A stretch of DNA of 58,039 bases from a virus (Duplodnaviria; Caudoviricetes): positions 1 through 58,039 of IMG/VR virus record IMGVR_UViG_3300032326_000244; one strand, given 5' to 3'. Below are positions 36,320 through 45,142 of this stretch, one piece after another (within the stretch, counting starts at the first letter, position 1; each line of letters opens with the position of its first letter). Position numbers and translations under genes: made by a program. Below the pieces are notes generated by a model that was not told where the DNA came from, made no database searches, and saw only the letters and a program-made list of their open reading frames with translations.

Positions 36320-38012
36320 GCTGTATTTCGTTTTCTAGTTGATCTAGTTTGTCAATTTGGTCTTCGGCAAATTCGCCATCTTCACTTGATTGTACACTAT
36401 CATCCTCTTCTTCGTCAAATAGATTGGCAAAGTGTGTACTGGCATTAACTGTCTTTTTACCAATAGCGCCGCGTGTACCCGGGATAGCTTGCCAAAATTT
36501 ATCAAAACTATCGATAATAGCTTCAGCTGTTGCTCTATCGGGCGCACTAAAAATAGCATCTACTACGTCTTTAAAGTATACACGTTGGAATCTTTCATCT
36601 ACTAACATGGCAGGACATAGACCAGCATCATATTGTCGATTAGCTTCTTGTACACTGTTTAAATGTAGCCACACATTATGACCCATCATGATTGCGTAGG
36701 TGAAACTATCCCACGATGTTTTGCCTTCTTTGCCTATCTTATTTAGGTCGCCTGGACCGTAGATACAAATATCTTTAACTTCGACACCGTCCATTAATGG
36801 ACTTGTGGTAAAGGACTTAAAGTGTCCATCTTGAACAACAACATCTTGGAACAGTCGAGTGTCTTTGGCATACTTCTTGTTATCAAGACTTGGCAACATA
36901 CGATACAGCCATTTTTCTCTATCTACAATTTCAGTTTGTACGTAAATTTGTCCGTTGGCAGTGGCAAGGAAAGGGCTAGCACAGTCAAAGCTAATTGTAA
37001 ACTTAGGATTGTGATATTTACGAACAGCACGTTGAATGTCTGTTAGTAGTAATGCCCATTCTAATTTACTAGTGCCCAAGAAGTGCATCCAGTCTTGGTG
37101 ACCTTCTTCCAGTAATCCATCGAACTTTAATGCCACCAGTCTACGTAGAACCAAGTCCACGTCACACATATTCTGACCACCCATTGCCCAGCCGTTAAAT
37201 GGTTTGTCATATTTTGTTGGGTCGCAAAAGTCTTTCATCTGCTGGTACCAATCTTCTGCCTGTGCGTGATTCTCACCTTGTAGAACATTTAAGAACTTAC
37301 AAGCACCTGTACGGTGTTTAATAAAGTATTCATTATTGTACTTGGTAGCGGCAACGGCTTGTTCATAACTGCCAATGCCACTGTTCTTAGCACCTACTGG
37401 ACTACGACCTACCCATGCTGGAATATCAAGTACCATGCCGTAATCCATCAAGGCATCCATCCATGCTAGAACTTGTTCACGTTTCTTTTGTGCTGCATCT
37501 AGTTTAGCTTGATAAAGTTTAACGTGGTCAATCTTAGTATACTTGACGTTTCCATTTTTATCTAACTTAGGATCACCAGTTGGATGTAATTGCGGAACAA
37601 GCTCAACACCTTTGGCAACTGCTTCTGCCATACGTTGTGCTACTTCTACACCAGTGGGATCATTCCATTCACCTTCCCACACACCTTTACCAATCTGGAA
37701 ACCTCCAGAGTCACCTAGCACCCAACTAGTTGAACGATCTCTATTACGAAACATATCTTCGCTTGGGTCAGGCTTAGTTAAATCTAAATTAGCGTGTCCA
37801 GCTGAATATAAGCAATGGTCGAAGTAAAATGCCGCATTTGGATTTAGGTAATTCATCGCCTCGATACCTAGCGGCCCAAAGCTCGCTGGAATACGAGCAG
37901 GGTCTACATAGTTATTGTAGCGTTGCTTGCCTATATAAGTGCTATAAAATCCCGACGTTGCCGGCAGGAAATAAGCATAGTCGTTTTGCGATGCGGTTAA
38001 ATTACGGTTCAT
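36303..38012 (-). CDS. TGT-fold guanine transglycosylase (DpdA/Tgt-like)
   Basis: GDSGGFQIG, MVLDIP, LNVLQG, GWAMGG, MHFLGTS, ISFDCASP, GHNV. Confidence 0.85.
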   Translation of the reverse strand: MNRNLTASQNDYAYFLPATSGFYSTYIGKQRYNNYVDPARIPASFGPLGIEAMNYLNPNAAFYFDHCLYSAGHANLDLTKPDPSEDMFRNRDRSTSWVLGDSGGFQIGKGVWEGEWNDPTGVEVAQRMAEAVAKGVELVPQLHPTGDPKLDKNGNVKYTKIDHVKLYQAKLDAAQKKREQVLAWMDALMDYGMVLDIPAWVGRSPVGAKNSGIGSYEQAVAATKYNNEYFIKHRTGACKFLNVLQGENHAQAEDWYQQMKDFCDPTKYDKPFNGWAMGGQNMCDVDLVLRRLVALKFDGLLEEGHQDWMHFLGTSKLEWALLLTDIQRAVRKYHNPKFTISFDCASPFLATANGQIYVQTEIVDREKWLYRMLPSLDNKKYAKDTRLFQDVVVQDGHFKSFTTSPLMDGVEVKDICIYGPGDLNKIGKEGKTSWDSFTYAIMMGHNVWLHLNSVQEANRQYDAGLCPAMLVDERFQRVYFKDVVDAIFSAPDRATAEAIIDSFDKFWQAIPGTRGAIGKKTVNASTHFANLFDEEEDDSVQSSEDGEFAEDQIDKLDQLENEIQHDITR

Positions 38013-38740
38013 TTGCTTTGGGCTGGCAAGATGTAGTTGTATTCTGCCATGCCGCTATCCACAGTAATCATCATGGCACCGGCATCACTAATTTTCATAG
38101 TTTTGTCGCCTGCTAATCCTAAGATTTGCATAACTTGTGTAACTGGCCACGACCATGCGCTTTTTAATTTGCCGCCTGCTGGAGTTTGGAATGTAAATTT
38201 ACCTGCGTGTGTACTGGCATCACCAAAGCTAACAATCAAGTCTCCGTTTTCTGTCTTAACTTGGAAGACAGTTTCTTCTGAGTGTGCTTGACTTTGGAAC
38301 TTCAAACGCTGAATACTGGCAACTGCTGGTTGGAATTCAATCTCCCAAGCCGCACCTTTAAACTTTACTGTTTTAAGTTTCTCGTTAATAATCTCTGTGC
38401 TCATGAAACGGTAGTCATTGTGAAAGTCGCCTGTTGCGTTTTCAAAATGCATAGTAGTTGGGATCTCTACTCCGTTACGTTGTTGACGAACAACTTCAAT
38501 CTTGGCATTGTCTTTGTACTCCGGGCACTTCAAGTGAAGATTAAGTTTGTCCAAGTTAGGCATACCAAATGTGCCTTGAAACTCATCGACTGGTGTATGA
38601 GTCTTTGCTGTTAGAATAACACTACGGTCTTCTGCCATAGATTCGATGTTAGTTTCTTGGACAGTTCCTGAGATTTTAATGATAGGCAAAAATCCTAGGG
38701 CGTGTGTATGTGTTACGATGTCTTGTAAAATGTCTTTCAT
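38009..38740 (-). CDS. probable DNA polymerase sliding clamp (gp45/PCNA-like)
   Basis: 243 aa, directly downstream of polB; two-repeat alpha/beta pattern ending YNYILPA; polB ends in a clamp-binding-like motif. Confidence 0.6.
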   Translation of the reverse strand: MKDILQDIVTHTHALGFLPIIKISGTVQETNIESMAEDRSVILTAKTHTPVDEFQGTFGMPNLDKLNLHLKCPEYKDNAKIEVVRQQRNGVEIPTTMHFENATGDFHNDYRFMSTEIINEKLKTVKFKGAAWEIEFQPAVASIQRLKFQSQAHSEETVFQVKTENGDLIVSFGDASTHAGKFTFQTPAGGKLKSAWSWPVTQVMQILGLAGDKTMKISDAGAMMITVDSGMAEYNYILPAQSK

Positions 38741-38757
38741 AATGATTCCTTTGTGTT

Positions 38758-38786
38758 AGTATATAGATATTTAGGTCAGAAGTCAA
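38758..38786 (-). promoter_or_regulatory. sigma70-type promoter with embedded CTAAATA for the clamp-TGT operon
   Basis: TTGACT-17 nt-TATACT; CTAAATA at 38768-38774. Confidence 0.65.
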
Positions 38787-41442
38787 ATAATTTATTAAAA
38801 GTATTTGTCTGTTCGGTTGATCTGACGTCCCAATTAAGTACGCCAATTAAGTTTGATAGCTTATTATCGATAATTGTATTTTCCATTTCTTCATGGTTAA
38901 AGGGTAAATCTTTAAACCACTGAGGCAAACGCAATTCGTCTACTGGATAAGCTACGCTGGTAAATCCTAGAGGATTATCTTTTAGTTTACAAACAATGAC
39001 TTTGGCACCGTCTGTAATACCCATTGAATATTTGTCTCCGAACATTCGTTTGAGTGTATTCCAATTAATGCTGGCACGTACATGTCCTGGCATATTGGCT
39101 TTACCTGCTTTAGCTTCTTTACTTTGGTAATCTGTAATGTTGTTGGCACGTTTAGGCGAACCCTTTTCCCATCCAGGACGTACTTTAAAGTTAGTTCTAA
39201 AGTCGGTGATAAAATCTAATACATCACGTTCTTCTTCACCAGTTAGAACTTTCTCCAATATATCGCTTAAGAAGTTTTGAATAAATTCAGGAGTGTCACT
39301 GCGCTTAAGGTCTAAGCCCATGGCTTTAATCTTGCCTGGCTTGTCGTCTACATCAAGACGTTTGCCTTCTTTGTCATAGTACAATACAGCATAACGCTTC
39401 TTAGTAATGAACAAACCCTTACTAGCCACAATTTCGCGACCTGCTTTGATAACTTCACCACGCGACTTTGGACAATGAAATGTGTCTTGCATAAACTTGG
39501 GAAACGTACTGTTAACTTCGTTACCCACTTGGTCATACAACTGTATTACAGTTTCTTTTGTCCACGGGATTTGACCCGAGTCGATATCTTTCTTAAGCGT
39601 TTTATAAGCAGAAAAATAACAACTATCAGTATCGCCGTATATAATAGCTTTTCCACGATAATCAAACTCCCCAGTAATAATCTCGTTAACTTTGCCAGCC
39701 ATGTGTTTAACAATCTGACGACCTGTTAATGTAGTTGACTGTCCGATACGCTTGTCATAGAAGCGACAATGCGGATTTAGAATAGCACCATACAAACTGT
39801 TCAAGTTAATTTTCTTAACCAGCTGTCGTTTATCCCAGTATTCCTCTTCAACTTTGTTTCCTGCTTTGATAGCGTCCTTTAGTTTGGCCTGCATATCCTT
39901 ACGCTCGGCATACCAACGCTTTAACAAGCCTGGGATAACTCCTTCCTTTTCATAGGTAAAGATTGTACCATTGGCACTGATCATCAAACTGGCATTGCTT
40001 TCAAAGATGATCTTATACACCTCAGCCGCACTCAACAAATCACTGCGACCGTCTTCCCAGTCGATTGCGATGTCAGTTCCGATTTCTTTATTCATTACAG
40101 CAGTATACTCTAAACTACCGAATATGCCTTCCCATGCTGCCGCAAAGCTCTTGCCTTTACTTACTAGGTTGTCGATGTATTCCTGCGTCTTGTCTTGACG
40201 CAACTGTCCAACAATAGTTTCTGGCCCCATATTGAGCGCACGAATCGCACTGGGATACAGACTGTTAATGTCTAAGGAACCAATCCATTCGTGAATGCCT
40301 TCTTTAGGATAGGCAACATAAGCACCTGCGGCACCTTCATTTTCTTCATTGTCATTTCTACGTACCTTGTTAGGCACTTGAAAGCCTCGACGGTGTGCTT
40401 CGTTAATAATAGCCTGCTCAGTTACAGCCACCGCACCCATTGTTGTTTGAATCAATACAGTACATTCGTGTGCCAGTGTGTTAGCGAGATCCAAGAACTT
40501 TAACTTTTTATCCAACTTGTCCAGCAAGGCTGTATCTTGTCTGTTATAAACAACAAACTTACGGAAGTCATTGTTATACAACTGATCCAATGTGCCTTCG
40601 TAGACAGTTTTAGTTTCGCCAATTTCCATCTCACCGATAGCGTCCAGTCGATAGGTATGACGTTCTTCATATGTGTACTTGCGATATAGTTCGAGACTGT
40701 CCAAGTGTACACGACCAATCAAGTCGTATGTTGTGGCAGTCTTACCATACTTTTCAAATTCACGTTTCTTAGGATACTGATCCCACAGACACATTCTACG
40801 TGTGTCGTCTTTACTGAGCACTTTGGTAATACGATTGACAGTGTAAGGCATATCAAAGCCTTCGCTGTTCCAACCACTGAGAACATCAGCATCTTGTATT
40901 AAGTTTAAGAATGTATCAAGTAAATCTGCTTCGTTGTCAAAGATATGTGTGTTTGGCAAATCTTTAACAAGTTCTTCGGCTTGAGCTATGGTCATGCCCT
41001 TGGGAGGCATAGCAAGACATACCAATGTATCTAACCATTGTAGGTGAACAGCAATCGCAGTAATTGGCATAAACGCATCGTCTGGACTAGCGTAGCCACG
41101 TTCAGGATCAAAGTCCACCTCAATGTCCCAGAAAGCGACATTTAGCTTAGGTGCGTCTTGATTAATGTAATTTTCACTTAGACATGCTACGATGGGATTG
41201 ATATCCGCTTCGTAGAGTTTCTTCCCGTTGTTTATTTTTAACTCTTTATGGAAGTCTTTAGAGTTTCTACAGACAATGCGACTTAGGGGATCTCCGTAAA
41301 TTGATTGAAATTTACCACGAGTATCCTCGTAATAGAAAGTGTAACGTACAGGGAATTCTTTAAATTCTCTCTGCCCGTCTTTATTTCTCTCTACCACTCG
41401 CACAATGTCCGCATTTCTATCAAAGTATGCGTCAACGTACAA
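38776..41442 (-). CDS. family B DNA polymerase (T4 gp43-like)
   Basis: Exo DIEVD, GWNSEGFDMPY, YNRQD; pol DINSLYPS, KINLNSLYG, YGDTDS, KKRY; C-terminal QTNTFNKLFDF; TTG start with AGGAGA SD. Confidence 0.96.
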   Translation of the reverse strand: MYVDAYFDRNADIVRVVERNKDGQREFKEFPVRYTFYYEDTRGKFQSIYGDPLSRIVCRNSKDFHKELKINNGKKLYEADINPIVACLSENYINQDAPKLNVAFWDIEVDFDPERGYASPDDAFMPITAIAVHLQWLDTLVCLAMPPKGMTIAQAEELVKDLPNTHIFDNEADLLDTFLNLIQDADVLSGWNSEGFDMPYTVNRITKVLSKDDTRRMCLWDQYPKKREFEKYGKTATTYDLIGRVHLDSLELYRKYTYEERHTYRLDAIGEMEIGETKTVYEGTLDQLYNNDFRKFVVYNRQDTALLDKLDKKLKFLDLANTLAHECTVLIQTTMGAVAVTEQAIINEAHRRGFQVPNKVRRNDNEENEGAAGAYVAYPKEGIHEWIGSLDINSLYPSAIRALNMGPETIVGQLRQDKTQEYIDNLVSKGKSFAAAWEGIFGSLEYTAVMNKEIGTDIAIDWEDGRSDLLSAAEVYKIIFESNASLMISANGTIFTYEKEGVIPGLLKRWYAERKDMQAKLKDAIKAGNKVEEEYWDKRQLVKKINLNSLYGAILNPHCRFYDKRIGQSTTLTGRQIVKHMAGKVNEIITGEFDYRGKAIIYGDTDSCYFSAYKTLKKDIDSGQIPWTKETVIQLYDQVGNEVNSTFPKFMQDTFHCPKSRGEVIKAGREIVASKGLFITKKRYAVLYYDKEGKRLDVDDKPGKIKAMGLDLKRSDTPEFIQNFLSDILEKVLTGEEERDVLDFITDFRTNFKVRPGWEKGSPKRANNITDYQSKEAKAGKANMPGHVRASINWNTLKRMFGDKYSMGITDGAKVIVCKLKDNPLGFTSVAYPVDELRLPQWFKDLPFNHEEMENTIIDNKLSNLIGVLNWDVRSTEQTNTFNKLFDF

Positions 41443-41454
41443 ATTTTTCTCCTA

Positions 41455-41500
41455 TGCGATTTAAGGCTCGCAAATACCAACGGATCAGTTATGGCTGATC
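41455..41500 (-). promoter_or_regulatory. tandem RNA hairpins immediately 5' of the polB SD (candidate translational operator)
   Basis: GAUCAG-CCAUAA-CUGAUC and UGCGA-GCCUUAAA-UCGCA, both containing AGCCWUAA. Confidence 0.55.
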
Positions 41501-41511
41501 AAACCTTTCTC

Positions 41512-41799
41512 TTACATATTTAGTAGTCTAACATAGCCTACTATGTCAATAGTGACCAATAGCAGATAGTTAGCTACCATGCCTGTACTCTTGCGAGTCC
41601 AAGCAGCCCAACCAAAGATAGCACATTGTACAATGAATATTGGGTATAGATAGAAGAACAGTGGATCGGTTGCTCCGGCTGCTAGCGTTAGAGAGCAGCC
41701 AAGACTCATCAGCCATGCTGTAATCTCTAATGTAAATCGGGTAGGCCATTCTCGATAGTCTCGCCTTGCCCAATTAAAAATGCCTTTAATAAAGTCCAT
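41512..41799 (-). CDS. small membrane protein
   Basis: Three hydrophobic segments. Confidence 0.7.
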   Translation of the reverse strand: MDFIKGIFNWARRDYREWPTRFTLEITAWLMSLGCSLTLAAGATDPLFFYLYPIFIVQCAIFGWAAWTRKSTGMVANYLLLVTIDIVGYVRLLNM

Positions 41800-42065
41800 T
41801 AGTCTTGCGGCAAGCGTCCAGTTACACCCAGAATCATTTCTACATCTGACCAGGCACTTTCGTGTTCTTTCCAGTTATCCTTATGAGCAATGGTAATTGC
41901 TTTGTTAATAACACTGGGTTTGATTTCGAGTTCTTCTGCTACTGCTTTAACAGTCTCTTTGAGACCTTCCTTCAAATCTTCAATTTCTCTTAAAACAGTT
42001 GAACCTTCGTTAATCAAACGTTCTAATTTGGCTTTTTCCTCAGGTCCATACATGCGTGTTGACAT
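41799..42065 (-). CDS. T4 DsbA-like dsDNA-binding protein
   Basis: EKAKL..LINEG...LREIEDL...LKE.VK.VAEEL.IKPS.INKAI.IAHK helical pattern; AAGGAG SD. Confidence 0.55.
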   Translation of the reverse strand: MSTRMYGPEEKAKLERLINEGSTVLREIEDLKEGLKETVKAVAEELEIKPSVINKAITIAHKDNWKEHESAWSDVEMILGVTGRLPQD

Positions 42066-42085
42066 TTAACTCTCCTTAAAATGTA

Positions 42086-42114
42086 AGTATACAGTAGTTA
42101 TCGTTGTAAGTCAA
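42086..42114 (-). promoter_or_regulatory. sigma70-type promoter for the dsbA-like/polB operon
   Basis: TTGACT-17 nt-TATACT. Confidence 0.7.
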
Positions 42115-42144
42115 CAACATCGAAATTAATATTATCCAAATGAA

Positions 42145-42173
42145 TTGACCATCTAGCTCGAAAATAGTATAAT
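42145..42173 (+). promoter_or_regulatory. sigma70-type promoter, probably leaderless transcript
   Basis: TTGACC-17 nt-TATAAT, ATG 6 nt downstream. Confidence 0.7.
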
Positions 42174-42179
42174 AACACT

Positions 42180-42506
42180 ATGAAGAAACTTTTATTACTG
42201 TCACTCTTTACAGCCCAATTGGCTAGTGCTCAATCTTTCCACGATTGGGATAACCCTAGTAAAAAGTTTGACCTTGGCAATAACACTAAGTCACTTAACA
42301 TCACTGTTAGGTCGACAGATGATGTACAAAAAGTTTGTGAAGCAGAGAGTAAAAATAGGGGTAATGGTGGATTTGGTTACCAAGTAAACAGTTGTGCTTT
42401 TTGGAACACCGCATTTACTGAATGTACTATTGTAACGCCTAGACGGTCCAGCATGCATCTGTTAGGACACGAATTACTACATTGCCTAAAAGGTAACTGG
42501 CATTAA
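42180..42506 (+). CDS. secreted small protein with HEXXH motif
   Basis: Signal peptide MKKLLLLSLFTAQLASA; four Cys; LGHELLHC. Confidence 0.75.
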   Translation: MKKLLLLSLFTAQLASAQSFHDWDNPSKKFDLGNNTKSLNITVRSTDDVQKVCEAESKNRGNGGFGYQVNSCAFWNTAFTECTIVTPRRSSMHLLGHELLHCLKGNWH

Positions 42507-42530
42507 AAAAGCGCCTTGCGGCGCTTTATT
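42505..42530. terminator. bidirectional intrinsic terminator
   Basis: AAAAAAGCGCC-TTGC-GGCGCTTTATT between convergent genes; GCAA tetraloop and U-tract on the minus strand. Confidence 0.85.
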
Positions 42531-45024
42531 AGAATCGGAAAGCTGATCTAATTCGTTCGAGAATTTCGTCGTCTTCGGATCGCATATTTTCCATTGTTGA
42601 TCTGTCAACATTAGGCGCACCCATAGATACTGGATCGGTAGATGTTCCTGCTCTGCTTCTGCCTCTGTCTTTGGAAGCATCGCTTTGAGCTTTAATTAAA
42701 GCAGCTGACGCTTCTGGATATGCCGGATCTCCAGGATTTACGACCTTACCATTGAATGTAATTGGACCATCTGGCTTACCCATTCTTAAAGTACCTTGTA
42801 CTGATTGGTTAGATGTTGTACTTGTGCTTTTCGAAGCTGATGGACTAGCTGCTTGTTGATTATAACCTTGTTTTACCCCAGAGGCAAATTTCTTGCCGGC
42901 ATCTACAGCTGAATCTGCAGCACTACCGGCAACTTGTTTTGCCTTGGCTGCTGCCGCTCCTACTCCAGCGCCCACATTGGTTGCTGTATCAGTATCAGTG
43001 TTAGTATCGGTTTTCGCGCCCTTCGCTGCTTGATTCAATCCTTTCATCGCATTTTCTAATCTTGTTTTTAGTTCAGGAGGTAGATTAGCCATCATATCAG
43101 TATTTTTCTGATATTGTAATATCACAGCCATGTGCTTCTCGATAGCTTCCTGATCAGCAGGATCCATTGAAGGTATCTCGTCGTCCTTAAATGTATCATA
43201 CAGAGCCTTGCCCACATCGTATGCGGTCCATGCTGCCATGCCTGCTCCAACTACTAGTGCTGCTGGTCCAGCCAACGCAGAGGCTCCTGCTCGTGTCGCA
43301 ATTTTCTTGCCAATTCCGGACAATCCGCCCAGCTTACTGGTAAACTTAGCTAACTTACCAGTTTTTGATGTTGTTGGTTCTGCTCCGCCAGGAGTCAATC
43401 CAAAAGGATTATTTGGCGGATTAATTCCAGTCGCTGCGGCCTTCATTGAAGCCTGTTGTGCGGCAGTCCTAGGTCCTGCTTCAACTAGTGTGCTCCAAAT
43501 TTCCATTTGTTCTTGTGATGTAAAATTAGAAATATTTTCTAGAACTAGCGCATCGTCGGGATGTATACTTTCTGATTTGATTTTATTTTTTGCGAGGATG
43601 GCTTCGATTGCCTTAAGTGAATTTTCCAACGCTTGTGCGTCAGCTGTGTTTACTTTTTTAGTTCCTTGTCTTGCTAACAAATCGTCTCTGGCATTCTGTC
43701 CAGGAGTGATTCCGCCTGCTGAAGGTTTACTTCCTGCCGCAGGACTAGCAGCTTGTCCTCCGCCCATTGGGTTGCCGGTCTTGGGGTCATATCCTAACGC
43801 AGTCATTCTTTTAACAAACTCTGGATTTCCTAAACTTACTGTACCAGGGCCTTGACCTGGTAGAACATTATAGGCATAAGCTAGGCCTGCAATGTTTGCA
43901 TATTCGTCTGTACTGAGTTTGTCACGTAAACTTCTGATAGCCGCAGTGGTTAGTGGTCCGTCTTTACCGTCTACAGCTAGTTTTTGTCCGTGTTTTGTAT
44001 TTAAGTAATGCTGTATAGCTTTAGTTCCAGGATTAGCTGGACCTACTTTACCTGTACCTGCTGGCACTGTTGGTTTCTGTTCACCTGGTTTCGTAGGTTT
44101 TGCCAAAGCAGCATTCGCAGACATGGCCTTACCTAGTTCAGCATCAGCTCTGTCTGTATTATCACCATATTCTTTTTCTCTTGCCGCTCGTGCGTTAGCA
44201 GACATGGCCTTACCTAGTTCAGCATCAGCTCCATCTGCTTGATTAGGATCAACTTTTTGACCAGCTGGTGCAGCTAGTTTATCTACAGCTTTTTGTGCGG
44301 CACCTAATGCTTGTATAACAGCCGGATCATCTATATCTGCCAATTCGGCCATTAATGATTTAATTTCAGCAACTTCACTTTGATACTTACCTGCTGTTAT
44401 GCCAGTAGCTGGATTAGTTACTGCTGGTCCAGTACCTAATGTTACCTTTTCGTATAAATCATAGTTAAAACTTTCAACTAGTGTACGGGATATAGATCCG
44501 TTGAATGAAATTGACTCCATAGTGCCGCCACTAATCTTAGCCACTAGGTCATTTAATCTTTTTAATTTAGGAGCAATAAACGCATCACTGCTCTGTTTAC
44601 CTTGTACATTAGCACTTTGTTGTTTTACATCTCTTGATGCTTTATCGTTGGCAGCTTGTGAATCTTTGTCTAGACCAAATTTGCCAGTTCCTACTAATCC
44701 ACCCAGTGCTGAAGTTTTTGCTGTACCGGGTACTAGTCCTAGTTTTGCCAATGCTTGTGTGTCAGCTTCTCTAGCTGTTGCCGCAATGCTAACTTGTTTA
44801 GTTTCTGGATCGGGAGATTGTTTACGAATGAAGTAGCCGCTTATAGGATCATATAGTCCAGGTAAGTTTTCTTTCCAGGCTAGGTCATTTAAAATAACGG
44901 CACGTTTTTGTTCGTCTTTTTCTTGACCAACTGCTGCCTGGATGTCTTTCATAGTAATGGCTTCGTTTAAAATCTGTCTAGATTCAATCTTGTCCATTCT
45001 AGCTATAAGTGCTTTCAAATCCAT
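42529..45024 (-). CDS. large Ala/Gly/Lys-rich probable virion protein with peptidoglycan-binding-like domain
   Basis: TKAIQHYLN...LAVDGKDGPLTTAAI (PG_binding_1-like); Ala/Gly hydrophobic helix; internal repeat. Confidence 0.7.
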   Translation of the reverse strand: MDLKALIARMDKIESRQILNEAITMKDIQAAVGQEKDEQKRAVILNDLAWKENLPGLYDPISGYFIRKQSPDPETKQVSIAATAREADTQALAKLGLVPGTAKTSALGGLVGTGKFGLDKDSQAANDKASRDVKQQSANVQGKQSSDAFIAPKLKRLNDLVAKISGGTMESISFNGSISRTLVESFNYDLYEKVTLGTGPAVTNPATGITAGKYQSEVAEIKSLMAELADIDDPAVIQALGAAQKAVDKLAAPAGQKVDPNQADGADAELGKAMSANARAAREKEYGDNTDRADAELGKAMSANAALAKPTKPGEQKPTVPAGTGKVGPANPGTKAIQHYLNTKHGQKLAVDGKDGPLTTAAIRSLRDKLSTDEYANIAGLAYAYNVLPGQGPGTVSLGNPEFVKRMTALGYDPKTGNPMGGGQAASPAAGSKPSAGGITPGQNARDDLLARQGTKKVNTADAQALENSLKAIEAILAKNKIKSESIHPDDALVLENISNFTSQEQMEIWSTLVEAGPRTAAQQASMKAAATGINPPNNPFGLTPGGAEPTTSKTGKLAKFTSKLGGLSGIGKKIATRAGASALAGPAALVVGAGMAAWTAYDVGKALYDTFKDDEIPSMDPADQEAIEKHMAVILQYQKNTDMMANLPPELKTRLENAMKGLNQAAKGAKTDTNTDTDTATNVGAGVGAAAAKAKQVAGSAADSAVDAGKKFASGVKQGYNQQAASPSASKSTSTTSNQSVQGTLRMGKPDGPITFNGKVVNPGDPAYPEASAALIKAQSDASKDRGRSRAGTSTDPVSMGAPNVDRSTMENMRSEDDEILERIRSAFRF
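44117..44231. repeat. 34-bp perfect direct repeat in coding sequence (ADAELGKAMSANA x2)
   Basis: GCAGACATGGCCTTACCTAGTTCAGCATCAGCTC at 44117-44150 and 44198-44231. Confidence 0.9.
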
Positions 45025-45044
45025 ATCAATTCCTAATAATATAC

Positions 45045-45142
45045 ATGCTCACTTTAAGTGTGCCTTCCGGGGCACGACTCCCAAACACTCTAGGGCAGCA
45101 GCCGCCCCACACTAGTAACGCATAACGTCCTAAGGTAGTGTG
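45045..45142 (-). ncRNA. candidate structured RNA (multi-stem, GC-rich intergenic element)
   Basis: Stems CACACUA/UAGUGUG, GGGC/GCCC, GUGCC/GGCAC or GAGUGU/ACACUU; no U-tract. Confidence 0.45.

Noticed and set aside
43208-43855. 215-aa plus-strand ORF, and similar antisense ORFs such as 46189-46704, 19424-19816, 51322-51717 and 53097-53504
   Set aside because: They lie wholly antisense to well-supported genes, have no motifs or SD, and are typical shadow ORFs.
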